Positions 45,421 to 58,398 of a stretch of 64,000 nt of DNA are shown in pieces. The stretch comes from Candidatus Woesearchaeota archaeon (GTDB lineage: Archaea; Nanobdellota; Nanobdellia; Woesearchaeales; GW2011-AR4), in NCBI GenBank assembly GCA_016181305.1, contig JACOZN010000013.1:1-64000 (forward strand), in the 5' to 3' direction. A model generated the notes under the pieces. It did not search any database, was not told the DNA's origin, and was given only the letters and a program-made list of their open reading frames with translations. Both the position numbers and the translations under genes were made by a program. The first letter of the stretch is position 1, and each line of letters opens with the position of its first letter.

Positions 45421-45544
45421 ATGAGTTTTTTTGGCGAAAAACTCATCTAAAGCAGCTTTTTTGGCGAAAAGCGGCTTGAAATAGTCTTGTTTTGGAAATT
45501 CTAGTTTTGGCTTGAAATAGTCTTGTTTTGGAAATTCTAGTTTT
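45421..45544. repeat. two hairpins with an identical TTGGCG loop followed by a perfect 36-bp tandem duplication
   Basis: ATGAGTTTTT-TTGGCG-AAAAACTCAT (45421-45446); GCTTTT-TTGGCG-AAAAGC (45455-45472); repeat units 45473-45508 and 45509-45544. Confidence 0.85.
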
Positions 45545-45709
45545 TTAGTACGATAAAAACTATAAAACGATATCAAATCAACCTGTTGGCACAGGCTAAT
45601 TCTAAAAGGATAACTACAGAAGAGCAATATAAACATTTCGGTAATCGAAAATTTATATTGTAAACTATAGATGAAAACCACTGGGCTAGGGGAAAGGGGG
45701 TAGATAAAA

Positions 45710-46762
45710 ATGGAATTTTCGTTAGATGGGGCTCAAGACATGAGCGGTTTGGTAGGACAGGCGAACATAAAGGTTATAGGCGTTGGAGGAGCCGGCAATA
45801 ACATGGTTGGCTGGCTCTACAAAAAGGGCATCAAAGGCGCTGAGATAATAGCATGCAACACAGACAAGCAGCATCTTGGCATCATCGATGCTGACCGTAA
45901 GTTCCTGATTGGAAAAGGCGTTACAAGAGGGCTTGGATGCGGAGGCTTTCCCGAGAAAGGGGCTGAGGCTGCAAAAGAATCTATGAATGAGCTGAAAGAA
46001 AGCCTGAAAGGGGCTGACATGGTTTTTGTATGTGCCGGCATGGGCGGCGGCACGGGAACAGGAGCTGCCCCTGTTGTAGGGCACCTTGCAAAAGACACAG
46101 GCTCTATTGTAATCGGCACTGTCACAATGCCTTTCAAGATTGAAAGGGCAAGGGTTGACAAGGCTGAGTTTGGATTGCAGCAGCTTAGGCAAATTTCTGA
46201 TACAGTAATCGTGATTGACAACAATAGGCTGGTGCAGATTGCAGGCAATTTGCCTATACAGCAGGCATTTGCAGTTGCAAACGAGCTTGTTGCAACTATG
46301 ATAAAAGGCATTGTAGAGACGATTGCAGTTCCTTCCCTTGTCAATCTGGACTATGCTGATGTAAAAGCCATAATGCAGAACGGCGGAGTTGCTGTAATCG
46401 GAGTCGGCTCTTCTGACACTAACAGCAGGGTTGATGAAGCTGTCAAAGGAGCTTTGGCAAACCCATTATTAGAAGTTGATTACAGGGGCGCAACAGGCGC
46501 TTTAATCCATGTAGTGGGCGGGCCTGACATGACATTGGATGACATCAACAGGATAGGTGAGCTTGTGACAGAAAGCCTTGACCAGGATGCAAATGTCATC
46601 TGGGGCGCCCGAGTTGTCGAGGACATGAAAGGCAGGATAACTGTCATGACTATCATCACAGGGGTTAAAAGCCCCTGGGTGCTTGGCAAGGTTGACCACT
46701 CAATACCATCCGCAGAAGCAGTTGCGGTTTCGCAGGAGCTAGGGATAGAACTGGTTCATTAG
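45710..46762 (+). CDS. ftsZ: cell division protein FtsZ (FtsZ2-like)
   Basis: GVGGAGNN, GMGGGTGTG and NLDYAD. The YAD variant and the absence of a downstream secE suggest the FtsZ2 clade. Confidence 0.96.
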   Translation: MEFSLDGAQDMSGLVGQANIKVIGVGGAGNNMVGWLYKKGIKGAEIIACNTDKQHLGIIDADRKFLIGKGVTRGLGCGGFPEKGAEAAKESMNELKESLKGADMVFVCAGMGGGTGTGAAPVVGHLAKDTGSIVIGTVTMPFKIERARVDKAEFGLQQLRQISDTVIVIDNNRLVQIAGNLPIQQAFAVANELVATMIKGIVETIAVPSLVNLDYADVKAIMQNGGVAVIGVGSSDTNSRVDEAVKGALANPLLEVDYRGATGALIHVVGGPDMTLDDINRIGELVTESLDQDANVIWGARVVEDMKGRITVMTIITGVKSPWVLGKVDHSIPSAEAVAVSQELGIELVH

Positions 46763-46809
46763 CAGGGATTCACAATCACCCCTTTAGTCTTTGTGGTGAG
46801 ATTGTTTCT

Positions 46810-46857
46810 TTGCCTTCATTAGAAAACCACCCCCAACGTTTTTCATTATGAAGGCAA
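46810..46857 (+). terminator. hairpin downstream of ftsZ
   Basis: TTGCCTTCAT / ATGAAGGCAA 10-bp inverted repeat between convergent genes. Confidence 0.45.
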
Positions 46858-46878
46858 GCGGTGGCTCATTCAATAAAA

Positions 46879-46932
46879 CATTAAAAGCGGTTCACTTTCA
46901 TCACGCTGTTAAATCCAAAAGTCGCTCTCGTT
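46879..46932 (-). repeat. dispersed structured motif, copy 3 of 4
   Basis: AAC GAGAGCG ACTTT TGGATTTAACAGCGTG AT GAAAGT GAAC CGCTTTT AATG. Confidence 0.85.
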
Positions 46933-46991
46933 TTTTAATTTTATTTATTATTGTATTGTTTTATTGAATTAAAAAATCAAAGAATTAAAAT

Positions 46992-47642
46992 TCACTTTTT
47001 CCTAATCTTTTCCTTTAATTTATTAACATGCTTCTTAATGTGCTTATGTGTCCTTTGCACAGCGCTTTTTATCACAGGGCTCCACATTCCAAGGGCTGTC
47101 TTTGGCCCTTCAATCCTGCCCCACCATTTCTCGAAGTACATGGTATGCTCTATTCTGTATTTTGGAGGCGCTGTCGGAGTTTCATCGGCATAGCCTATTG
47201 TTATGATTCCCTGCACATTGACATGCTCAGGCAGATTGCAAAGCCTTCTTATTTCCTCTTCATCAAAAGCCCCAACCCAGCAGCTTCCCAGTCCAAGCGA
47301 GTGTGCTGTAAGCAGCATGTTTTCAATCGCAGCAGCAGCGCCCTGTATCGTGTAAAGCCTTACACCCCTTGTGCCGTAATACCTTTCAGCCTTTTCCGGC
47401 TCGCCCACAACAACAATATGTATCGGAGCGTCTGCCATCCAATGCTGCTGCACGCTAGCCTCTGCGATATCCCTTCTTTTATCCTCGTTCTTGACAACAA
47501 TAAACTTAAGATTGAAAATGTTGCCTGCGCAAGGGGCATATTTGCCTGCCTGAAGAATCTCGACAATATCGTCCCATGGAACATCCTTTTCCTTGTACTT
47601 TCTTATCGAGCGCCTGGTCCTGATGCAGTCAAAAACATCCAT
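46992..47642 (-). CDS. nitroreductase family protein
   Basis: RRSIRKY, APCAGN, ENMLLTAHSLGLGSCWVG and GYAD. Confidence 0.95.
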   Translation of the reverse strand: MDVFDCIRTRRSIRKYKEKDVPWDDIVEILQAGKYAPCAGNIFNLKFIVVKNEDKRRDIAEASVQQHWMADAPIHIVVVGEPEKAERYYGTRGVRLYTIQGAAAAIENMLLTAHSLGLGSCWVGAFDEEEIRRLCNLPEHVNVQGIITIGYADETPTAPPKYRIEHTMYFEKWWGRIEGPKTALGMWSPVIKSAVQRTHKHIKKHVNKLKEKIRKK

Positions 47643-47726
47643 AATTGAATTTTTGGATAAGGGTATTTAAATAGTTAACTGAAACATGAGCTGTAAAATG
47701 AGTGGAAGTTATTTTGATATACTACA

Positions 47727-50384
47727 TCAAGTATTTACAATATCTAGAACCTTTTGAGATACATTCTGTTGCAACACAATCATTGAATGTTCATATTGAG
47801 GGCCCTTAAATACTATAAAATCTTTAGCATTCTTTAGTTTTGCATCTTCAACATAAATAACCCCATCACATCTTTGTCCAAGTCCTAAATCACAAGCCTT
47901 ACTATCCCCCATAATAGAATATGTATTGACAAGTGAATCTTCAGGATAATTTAGTAGATTCAGAAAAGGGGAACCAGGTTTCATTTCTTTTGATTCAGAT
48001 TCACCTGCATTACTTAAAAAGTTAATCCAATTGTTTGTTCCATAATGCGGACTACTTATAGTAATCAATCTGTAAATTTTAGACTGACCATCCTTCTTCA
48101 ATATGTAATATCGACTAATTATTCCCCCCATTGAATGAGAAACAATTATCGCTTTATCTTTATTAGTTGCTGTTAAAACCGCATCAATTTCTTTACTTAG
48201 AGTTGGTGCATAATCCCCTATACTATTCTTATACTGAACTGCTCCTCCATTCATTATACCTTCATAATATGTAACCATCACTGCAATAGGCTTACAGTAA
48301 GGCCAACTACCTTTAGTCAATTCTGTTGCCTTTTCTGGATATAAAATATCTTTAAGAACATAACCTCTCTGAGCAAAATACGAAGACATACTGGCGAAAG
48401 TGTCAAGAGAGCTTTTGACTGTTTTTTGCCCAGTTTCTGCAGCGTGCCCATGAACAAAAATAACTGGATAAAGGTCTTTTCTTGATTTATACTCATCACT
48501 ATCACAGCATTTATTTGTTCGTTGGCCGTTTTCATCAATACAATTTTTTTCTACATTCTTTAAATCAGTTTTTATATCAGATTGCTTTTCAGAAGTTTGA
48601 ATATTCAAAGTATTCGCTTGTAATTGAGTAAGTTGATTCTGAGAAATTTTACATGAATCCGTAAAAAATTTAACAGTTTCATCTTCTATATTAACATTTT
48701 TAGCTGGTGTTATATTATTTTGTAATTCTGATATGAGTTTTGGTATTGTTTCATTTATTTCCAAATTCAATTTGTAATCTAATTCTTGCTTGCTTCCTAA
48801 AATTCTATAATATAATTTTTTAAAAAAAGCAAAAAAATTATTTTCTTGAGATTTTATTTTATCGGCTTCAGTTCTGACCTTTTTGGATTCCTCTTCTAAA
48901 TTTTTCAATTTAGCTTCCTTCTTTTGAAAATCTAAAGCATTATATTCCTTTACCAATTCTATGTATTTAGAAATATCGATTGTTTTTCCTAATAAGTTTA
49001 TATCATTAAGTGAATCTTGTATATCTTTTTCTACTTTTATTGCTTCAGAATTTGTATTTTGTTTTAAGTCATTGATTTTTTTAGTTTTATCAATTTCTTT
49101 TTGTATGGGAATGTTTTTATCATTAATTTCTTGATTTTTCTTATTCAGTTCGTCTAATTCAATTTTTTGTCTATTAATCTCTTTATCATTGAAGATTTTT
49201 ACTTCTTTCGATAAGGAATCATATGAAAAACAGAAACCGGTAAAATCTTTGGCAGTTGCTAAATTTATCTCGTCAATTTTCCCCTTAGTGTCACACAGCT
49301 TAAAATCACTGCAAATTTTATTAACCTGTTTTGATATTAGGTTTACTGCTTTATTGGCATAGTCATTCAGGTTACTTTGCATTTGATTTATTATCTTATC
49401 TTTAGAATCCGAATACGTTTTAACTAAATTATCGGCGTCATCCAAATCTGTGAACTTATAGCTATTAATTTTTAAGCTAACTTCTTTTCCAACTTCGTCG
49501 AGTTTACTTATTAATTCATTGTTAAACATATATCTTAATTTTGCTGACTTATCTTTAGCATCTGAAACTAAATTTTGTAGATTTAAACCAATCTGTTTGT
49601 ATCTTTGAATATTATTATTTGTCATAGTATTCATATCGGTAATCTTCATATCTGAGTTTGATAATGAAATCAAATCGGAATTTTTATCAACTTGAGAACC
49701 AAGATTGTATTGTTCTTGCTCAAGCGAGTCATGTACATTTTGAAATTTACTCTTTAATGCGTTGACATTCTGTTGGATATTTGAATTATCCTGATTGATA
49801 CCTTTTGGTAGAATAGGAGTAGGAGTTTTTGATATCAAATCATTGATTTGTTGAGCTTTTTTATCTATATCAGTTATTTTATTTGCTAAACTATTCCTAT
49901 AATCCTCTAAAATATCAAAATTTTTTTGGTCTTGGTCACTTAAAACATAATTAATATTAACGGAGTGGGGGAAGGGCTTTGAATCATAATAGCATGTCGT
50001 AAGGAATGGAAATTCAGTTGTTGGACAAGTGTAAGGTGCTGCGGTTGTTTTACAATCTGTAGTAAAAGTTATGCTAGCTGGTTTTCCAAAAAAACTTTTT
50101 ATCGTGTTAGGTACGTTATGTCTAAAGTAGAGAGTTTGCTGGCTTCCCGCTGGTAATAAGTTTGTTGATGAGGAACCTAAAGAAGAGCTGATTGTACAAG
50201 TTATACTTATAGAATCTGGATTAACTACAGTAACTGGAATGTCAATATAACTACCCTTATATGCTGTAAAGCTTTGCTGTGGAGAAGAAGGTAAAAAATT
50301 TAGAGTGATATACTTAATTGAATAAGCAAAAGGAGTAATTAACAATGCAACTAATATGATAACGAACATATTTTTTACTGGCAT
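47727..50384 (-). CDS. secreted long coiled-coil protein with a C-terminal alpha/beta hydrolase (lipase-like) domain
   Basis: Signal peptide; ~450-aa helical stalk; VIFVHGH, IVSHSMGG, SSPHYG, CDGVI and EHSM; AT-rich. Confidence 0.85.
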   Translation of the reverse strand: MPVKNMFVIILVALLITPFAYSIKYITLNFLPSSPQQSFTAYKGSYIDIPVTVVNPDSISITCTISSSLGSSSTNLLPAGSQQTLYFRHNVPNTIKSFFGKPASITFTTDCKTTAAPYTCPTTEFPFLTTCYYDSKPFPHSVNINYVLSDQDQKNFDILEDYRNSLANKITDIDKKAQQINDLISKTPTPILPKGINQDNSNIQQNVNALKSKFQNVHDSLEQEQYNLGSQVDKNSDLISLSNSDMKITDMNTMTNNNIQRYKQIGLNLQNLVSDAKDKSAKLRYMFNNELISKLDEVGKEVSLKINSYKFTDLDDADNLVKTYSDSKDKIINQMQSNLNDYANKAVNLISKQVNKICSDFKLCDTKGKIDEINLATAKDFTGFCFSYDSLSKEVKIFNDKEINRQKIELDELNKKNQEINDKNIPIQKEIDKTKKINDLKQNTNSEAIKVEKDIQDSLNDINLLGKTIDISKYIELVKEYNALDFQKKEAKLKNLEEESKKVRTEADKIKSQENNFFAFFKKLYYRILGSKQELDYKLNLEINETIPKLISELQNNITPAKNVNIEDETVKFFTDSCKISQNQLTQLQANTLNIQTSEKQSDIKTDLKNVEKNCIDENGQRTNKCCDSDEYKSRKDLYPVIFVHGHAAETGQKTVKSSLDTFASMSSYFAQRGYVLKDILYPEKATELTKGSWPYCKPIAVMVTYYEGIMNGGAVQYKNSIGDYAPTLSKEIDAVLTATNKDKAIIVSHSMGGIISRYYILKKDGQSKIYRLITISSPHYGTNNWINFLSNAGESESKEMKPGSPFLNLLNYPEDSLVNTYSIMGDSKACDLGLGQRCDGVIYVEDAKLKNAKDFIVFKGPQYEHSMIVLQQNVSQKVLDIVNT

Positions 50385-50492
50385 ATCCTAAAGAAAACCA
50401 TAACCATTTAAATATTTTTATAATATCCATCTTAATTAATTAGTCAAATATTTCAAAAAACTTAATAAACAATAAGGAATATCAAATACCCT

Positions 50493-51539
50493 ATGGAATA
50501 CTCAAAGCTTGTCGATATTTACGAGCAGCTGAACACGACTACAAAAAGGCTGGAAAAAACACATATTATTTCAGAGTTCCTGAAAGAAGTGAGTGCTGAT
50601 GACATGGAGCATGTGATGCTGCTTCTTGAAGGCAGGATTTTCCCGAATTATGATGCAAGGGAGATAGGAGTTGCATCCCGCTTAATGCTGAAATCCCTAA
50701 GCGTTGCAACAGGAATAAGCATTGAAAAGATAGAAAACGAGTGGAAAAAGCAGGGCGATCTTGGATTAGTGGCTGAAGTGCTTGTCAAGACAAAGAAGCA
50801 GGCAACTTTGCACTCCGCAAAACTGACTGTGAAGAAGGTTTTTGACAATATCAGAAAGCTTGCGGGGCTTGAAGGCGAGGGAACTGTCGATAGGAAAACA
50901 CAGCTTATTGCAGAGCTGCTTACATCAGCAAAGCCCGTGGAATCAAAGTACATTGTAAAGACCATTCTTGGAGAAATGAGGATTGGGGTCGGCGAAGGCG
51001 CCATGCGGGATGCAATTGTATGGGCGTTCTTCGGCGGCAAAATAGGCATCAAATATACAAAGGAAATGAATGACATCGATGTTGAGGACAGGGAAGTGTA
51101 CAACAAGTACGCGGATGCTGTGCAGCATGCATATGACATGACAAACGAGTTTGCGGTTGTTGCAAAGGCTGCAAAATCAAAAGGATTGGATGGCTTGGAA
51201 AATATCGGCATGAAAGTGGGCATTCCGATACAGGTGATGCTTGCTTTGAAAGTTGATACAATCGAGGAAGCATTTGAGACTGTAGGAAAGCCAGCTGCAA
51301 TAGAGTTCAAGTATGACGGCTTCAGGATACAGGCGCATAAGGACGATAAGGGAAACATCAAATTATTCACAAGAAGGCTTGAGGATGTCACAAGGCAGTT
51401 TCCTGATGTCGTCGAGTTTGTAAAGAAAAATGTGAAAGGAAAAAGCTTTATCATTGATTCAGAGGCAGTCGGCTATAATAAAAAAAATGGAAAATACCTG
51501 CCGTTCCAGAGCATCTCGCAAAGAATAAAGAGAAAATAA
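50493..51539 (+). CDS. lig: ATP-dependent DNA ligase, N-terminal fragment
   Basis: DNA-binding domain, EFKYDGFR (motif I) and IIDSE (motif III); stops after QRIKRK. Confidence 0.93.
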   Translation: MEYSKLVDIYEQLNTTTKRLEKTHIISEFLKEVSADDMEHVMLLLEGRIFPNYDAREIGVASRLMLKSLSVATGISIEKIENEWKKQGDLGLVAEVLVKTKKQATLHSAKLTVKKVFDNIRKLAGLEGEGTVDRKTQLIAELLTSAKPVESKYIVKTILGEMRIGVGEGAMRDAIVWAFFGGKIGIKYTKEMNDIDVEDREVYNKYADAVQHAYDMTNEFAVVAKAAKSKGLDGLENIGMKVGIPIQVMLALKVDTIEEAFETVGKPAAIEFKYDGFRIQAHKDDKGNIKLFTRRLEDVTRQFPDVVEFVKKNVKGKSFIIDSEAVGYNKKNGKYLPFQSISQRIKRK

Positions 51540-52212
51540 TGTTTTTGATGTAATTTATTTTGAAGGCAGGAGCGTGATTAGCGAGGAGTTTGAGAAAAGG
51601 AGGAAGCTATTGGAGAGGACAATAAGGCAGGAGCCGAAAAAAATAGTGCTTTCAAAAATAAAAATTGTTTCTGAAAAGAAAGACGTGGAGAAATTTTTCA
51701 AGGATGCCGTCAATGCCGGCAACGAAGGCCTGATGTTCAAGTCGCTTAAGTCGCCTTACAAGCCAGGCGCAAGAGTCGGCTACATGATAAAGTTCAAGCA
51801 TATCATGGAAACTCTGGACCTGGTAATTGTAGGGGCGGAGTGGGGGGAAGGTAAAAGGTCAAAATGGCTCAGCAGCTACACAATCGCATGCATCGATGAC
51901 AATGGCAATTTTCTTGAGGTTGGAAAGGCAAGCACCGGATTGAAGGAAAAAGAGGAAGAAGGCCTGAGTTTCATGGAAATGACAAGATTGCTTAAGCCTT
52001 TGATAATTTCAGAGAAAGGAAAAGAAGTGAAAGTCAAGCCGAAAATTGTCATTGAAGTCGGCTATGAGGAAATACAAAAATCGCCGACATATGAAAGCGG
52101 GTTTGCTTTGAGGTTTCCAAGAGTAATCTCCCAAAGATTGGATAAAGGACCTCATGAGGCTTCTACACTGGATTATGTAAAGAAATTGTATGCGTCGCAG
52201 AAAAAGAGCTGA
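51538..52212 (+). CDS. lig: ATP-dependent DNA ligase, C-terminal fragment (shifted frame)
   Basis: Frame from 51538 reads NVFDVIYFEG (motif IIIa), EGLMFK, YKPGARVGYMIKFK and ALRFPR. Confidence 0.9.
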   Translation, partial: NVFDVIYFEGRSVISEEFEKRRKLLERTIRQEPKKIVLSKIKIVSEKKDVEKFFKDAVNAGNEGLMFKSLKSPYKPGARVGYMIKFKHIMETLDLVIVGAEWGEGKRSKWLSSYTIACIDDNGNFLEVGKASTGLKEKEEEGLSFMEMTRLLKPLIISEKGKEVKVKPKIVIEVGYEEIQKSPTYESGFALRFPRVISQRLDKGPHEASTLDYVKKLYASQKKS

Positions 52213-52282
52213 TTTTTCTATTATTACTATCTAGTACTCAAAACCGAAAGCTTTAAAAAGGCATTTTTACATTGTTTCTTAT

Positions 52283-53284
52283 ATGGAAAGCGGCGAAACT
52301 GCCGAAGCTGTTGAAGGCAAAACAGTGGAAGATAGTGATTCTGGGAGGCATGATTCTAGGCATTACGAGAAAGCTGAGCAAGAAGATTATCAATCAGAGC
52401 CTGTGCAGTCAAGATATTCAAAAAATGCCAGGGACTCTGAAGACGGCAGGGGAAGTGAAAAAAAATCACGTTCAAAAAAAGGCTTGGAGAAAATAGTCAA
52501 CAGCCTGAAAAAAGAGGCAGGAAACTCAGGAATTGATGAAACAGAATACGCATCTGCCCATTTTCATGAAAATATAAGCGAATTTTTAGAGGAAAGCGAT
52601 GATTCTGAAGAGGAGGAATTCAGCTATAAAGATGCGGTAGCTTTCATATACAACAAGGCAACAGGAGAATTTCTGCTTGAGGAGAAGCCAGGCACTTACT
52701 ATTGGAAATCAGAGAGGTGGAAGAAGGCTCTTATAGGCGGAAAGGGCAACAAAAAAGATTACAGCACTTATGCAACGCTCAAGAGAGAGCTGGGAGAGGA
52801 AATTCAGAAAGGCGCTGCAAAGGATACAATCATAAGGACTTTAGAGTCAAGCGGGACTTTAGTTGAGAGAATAACAGACCTTTGGAAAGGAAGGGAGATT
52901 ATAGATGACATATATAAAATACACATTGAGCCTGTCCAAGAATGGCATATAGCGAGGGAAGCAAAATCAACGCATGATGCAGGGCCTTTCCATGTGCTGA
53001 CATATGACCAAATCTTGAGCATGCCGAACAGCGCATTTGCATTCAACCACGGGCAGTTGCTCAAGAAATTCATTTTGGAGGAGTTTGTCCGCAATAAGCC
53101 CTCAAGCGCTTTGGCGCCTTACGCAAGCTATGCTCTGCCGCTTTTCAGCACCAGCCCAAGCCATTTAAAGGCTATTCAGGATTATTCTAATCCCTCATTG
53201 GCTTTAAGAAGCAATCCATTAATCCCAAATCAGCAGAATTCATTCCAAAAATCGAACTATTCACAACCTTTATATACACAATAA
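52283..53284 (+). CDS. protein with an acidic disordered N-terminus and a NUDIX-like domain
   Basis: FIYN...EFLLEEK and LIGGKGNKKDYSTYATLKRELGEEI (degenerate Nudix box). Confidence 0.65.
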   Translation: MESGETAEAVEGKTVEDSDSGRHDSRHYEKAEQEDYQSEPVQSRYSKNARDSEDGRGSEKKSRSKKGLEKIVNSLKKEAGNSGIDETEYASAHFHENISEFLEESDDSEEEEFSYKDAVAFIYNKATGEFLLEEKPGTYYWKSERWKKALIGGKGNKKDYSTYATLKRELGEEIQKGAAKDTIIRTLESSGTLVERITDLWKGREIIDDIYKIHIEPVQEWHIAREAKSTHDAGPFHVLTYDQILSMPNSAFAFNHGQLLKKFILEEFVRNKPSSALAPYASYALPLFSTSPSHLKAIQDYSNPSLALRSNPLIPNQQNSFQKSNYSQPLYTQ

Positions 53285-53300
53285 AAACACGAACAATAAA

Positions 53301-56412
<3,112 letters not shown>

Positions 56413-56413
56413 A

Positions 56414-56809
56414 ATGGCAACACTAAAAACTTTGAAAAGAGGAACTGCTGGTGAACCTATAAAGAGCGAAGAACTTAGTGATAAGCCTAGATCATATGGT
56501 GCAAAGAAAATAAATTTAAACGCAGAAAACATCAAAACGAAAGAAGAATTATTAAGAGAATTGGCAAAAATTACGGAAGGATATGTGGGTGCTGACATAG
56601 AATTAGTTTGCAGGGAAGCGGCAATTCTTGCTTTAAGAGAAAATATACGGGCTAGGGAAATCCTGCCCAAACACTTTGAGCAAGCACTTGAAAAAGTGAG
56701 ACCCAGTGTCACTAAGGAAGTTCAGCAAACTTATGAAGAGTTACGCGAAACCCTTAGTGCAGCAAGAGCGAAACAAATGCTTGATGAAAAGCCAAGCTAT
56801 ATGGGTTAA
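56414..56809 (+). CDS. cdc48: CDC48 C-terminal fragment (D2 helical lid)
   Basis: ELAKITEGYVGADIELVCREAA and FEQALEKVRPSV; starts 1 nt after the upstream stop. Confidence 0.88.
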   Translation: MATLKTLKRGTAGEPIKSEELSDKPRSYGAKKINLNAENIKTKEELLRELAKITEGYVGADIELVCREAAILALRENIRAREILPKHFEQALEKVRPSVTKEVQQTYEELRETLSAARAKQMLDEKPSYMG

Positions 56810-56866
56810 AATTTTGCAACTTTTCAAATAAAAACCTTTAAATAAGCTTATCCTAACTTTTTATTC

Positions 56867-58159
56867 ATGATACCTGAGTTTGGAGACACGATTAAGGTAC
56901 ACACTAAAGAACAAGTCTATGAAGGAATACTTCTGCCGCGCCCGGAGATTTTTGACGAGAATTACACAGTCATAAAGCTGGACAACGGCTACAACATAGG
57001 GGTTGAAAACAAAAGAATTGAGAAAATCGAGGTTGTGTCAAAATACCAGAAGAAAAAAGAGGAAAGGCACAAGATAGAGCATAAAAAGGGACTGCCTAAT
57101 GTGCCGGTTTTGTCCTTTGGAGGCACTATTTCTTCGAGAGTCGACTACAAGACAGGCGGAGTTTATGCCGACTACACCGCAGAGGATTTTGTTGAGATGC
57201 TGCCTGAGCTGACAAATGTTGCAAACTTAAAAGCAGAGAAAGTAATGAGCATAATGAGCGAAGATATGGCTCCTGAGGACTGGCAGGCAATGGCAAGAAG
57301 AATTGCAAAAGAGCTTAATGAAGACAATGCAGGGGTTGTTGTGACGCAAGGCACAGACACTTTGCATTTTTCAACGGCAGCGATGTCTTTTTTTCTGAAG
57401 AATCTGAACAAGCCTGTTGTTTTTACCGCAGCGCAGAGAAGCATTGACAGGGGAAGTTCCGACGCTCTCTCCAATTTATTGTGTGCTGTGCACGCCGCAT
57501 CAAAATTTGACGGGGCTGCCGTTGTAACCTGCATGCACGGCACAAGCGACGATAACTACTGCATTTTAAACAGGGGCACAAAGGTGAGGAAGATGCACAC
57601 AAGCAGAAGGGATGCTTTCCGCCCGATAAATGAGCTGCCCCTTGCAAAGGTTTTTGAAGACGGAAAAATCGAGGTTTTGAATAAAAATTACAATAAGAGA
57701 AATAATGAAAAAGTGCATGTTGATGACAAGTTCGAGCATAAAACCGGATTGGTTTATGTTTATCCTGGGATGGATCCAGAGATTCTTGACTATTATCCAG
57801 AGAAAAAATACAGGGGAATTGTGATTGCTGCAACAGCGCTCGGGCATGTTGCTACAATAAATCCAAAATATTCCTTAATTAAAAAATTAAAGGAATTAAT
57901 TGACAATAATGTTGCTGTGGTGATTTCAACGCAAACAATTTATGGAAGAGTCCATCCTTATGTCTATACAAATCTGAGAAAACTATCGGTAGAATTAAAC
58001 TGCATCTTTGCGGAGGACATGCTTCCAGAAACAGCTTATGTAAAGCTAGGCTGGGTGCTTGGGCATACGCACAAAATTGACGAAGTCAGGGAGATGATGC
58101 TCACTAATAGTGCTGGGGAGATGAGCGAGAGAAGTAGTGAAAAGGCATTTTTGTACTGA
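56867..58159 (+). CDS. gatD: glutamyl-tRNA(Gln) amidotransferase subunit D
   Basis: KLDNGYNIG, GGTISSRVDY.TG, TQGTDT, AQRSIDRGSSD and KMHTSRRDAF. Confidence 0.97.
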   Translation: MIPEFGDTIKVHTKEQVYEGILLPRPEIFDENYTVIKLDNGYNIGVENKRIEKIEVVSKYQKKKEERHKIEHKKGLPNVPVLSFGGTISSRVDYKTGGVYADYTAEDFVEMLPELTNVANLKAEKVMSIMSEDMAPEDWQAMARRIAKELNEDNAGVVVTQGTDTLHFSTAAMSFFLKNLNKPVVFTAAQRSIDRGSSDALSNLLCAVHAASKFDGAAVVTCMHGTSDDNYCILNRGTKVRKMHTSRRDAFRPINELPLAKVFEDGKIEVLNKNYNKRNNEKVHVDDKFEHKTGLVYVYPGMDPEILDYYPEKKYRGIVIAATALGHVATINPKYSLIKKLKELIDNNVAVVISTQTIYGRVHPYVYTNLRKLSVELNCIFAEDMLPETAYVKLGWVLGHTHKIDEVREMMLTNSAGEMSERSSEKAFLY

Positions 58160-58398
58160 TGACCCCTATTCAAGATTTATTAAACAAAATCAAGTGGGAC
58201 AAAAGGGAAAATACAAGCGATTACACGCTTTTTTATTTCGATAGAATTTTAAACAAGATGATTTCTGTTCCCTATAATAATATTAAAAGGCTGGAAGGCA
58301 GCTTTATGGTTTTAAATAATGAGGATGAAACAAACATTCCGCTGCACAGGATTAAAAAGGTAGCTAAAAAAGATGCGATAATATGGGAAAGGAAATGA
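58159..58398 (+). CDS. DUF504 / MJ1316-like putative RNA-binding protein
   Basis: LLNKIKWD, YFDRI, IPLHRI and IWER. Confidence 0.85.
   Translation: MTPIQDLLNKIKWDKRENTSDYTLFYFDRILNKMISVPYNNIKRLEGSFMVLNNEDETNIPLHRIKKVAKKDAIIWERK

Noticed and set aside
45473-45544. 36-bp repeat pair as a mini-CRISPR
   Set aside because: The two copies abut with no spacer, so this is a simple tandem duplication. The overlapping ORF 45415-45681 looks spurious.
51530-51545. Programmed frameshift in the DNA ligase
   Set aside because: Sequence is missing as well as shifted, so recoding alone cannot restore the protein.
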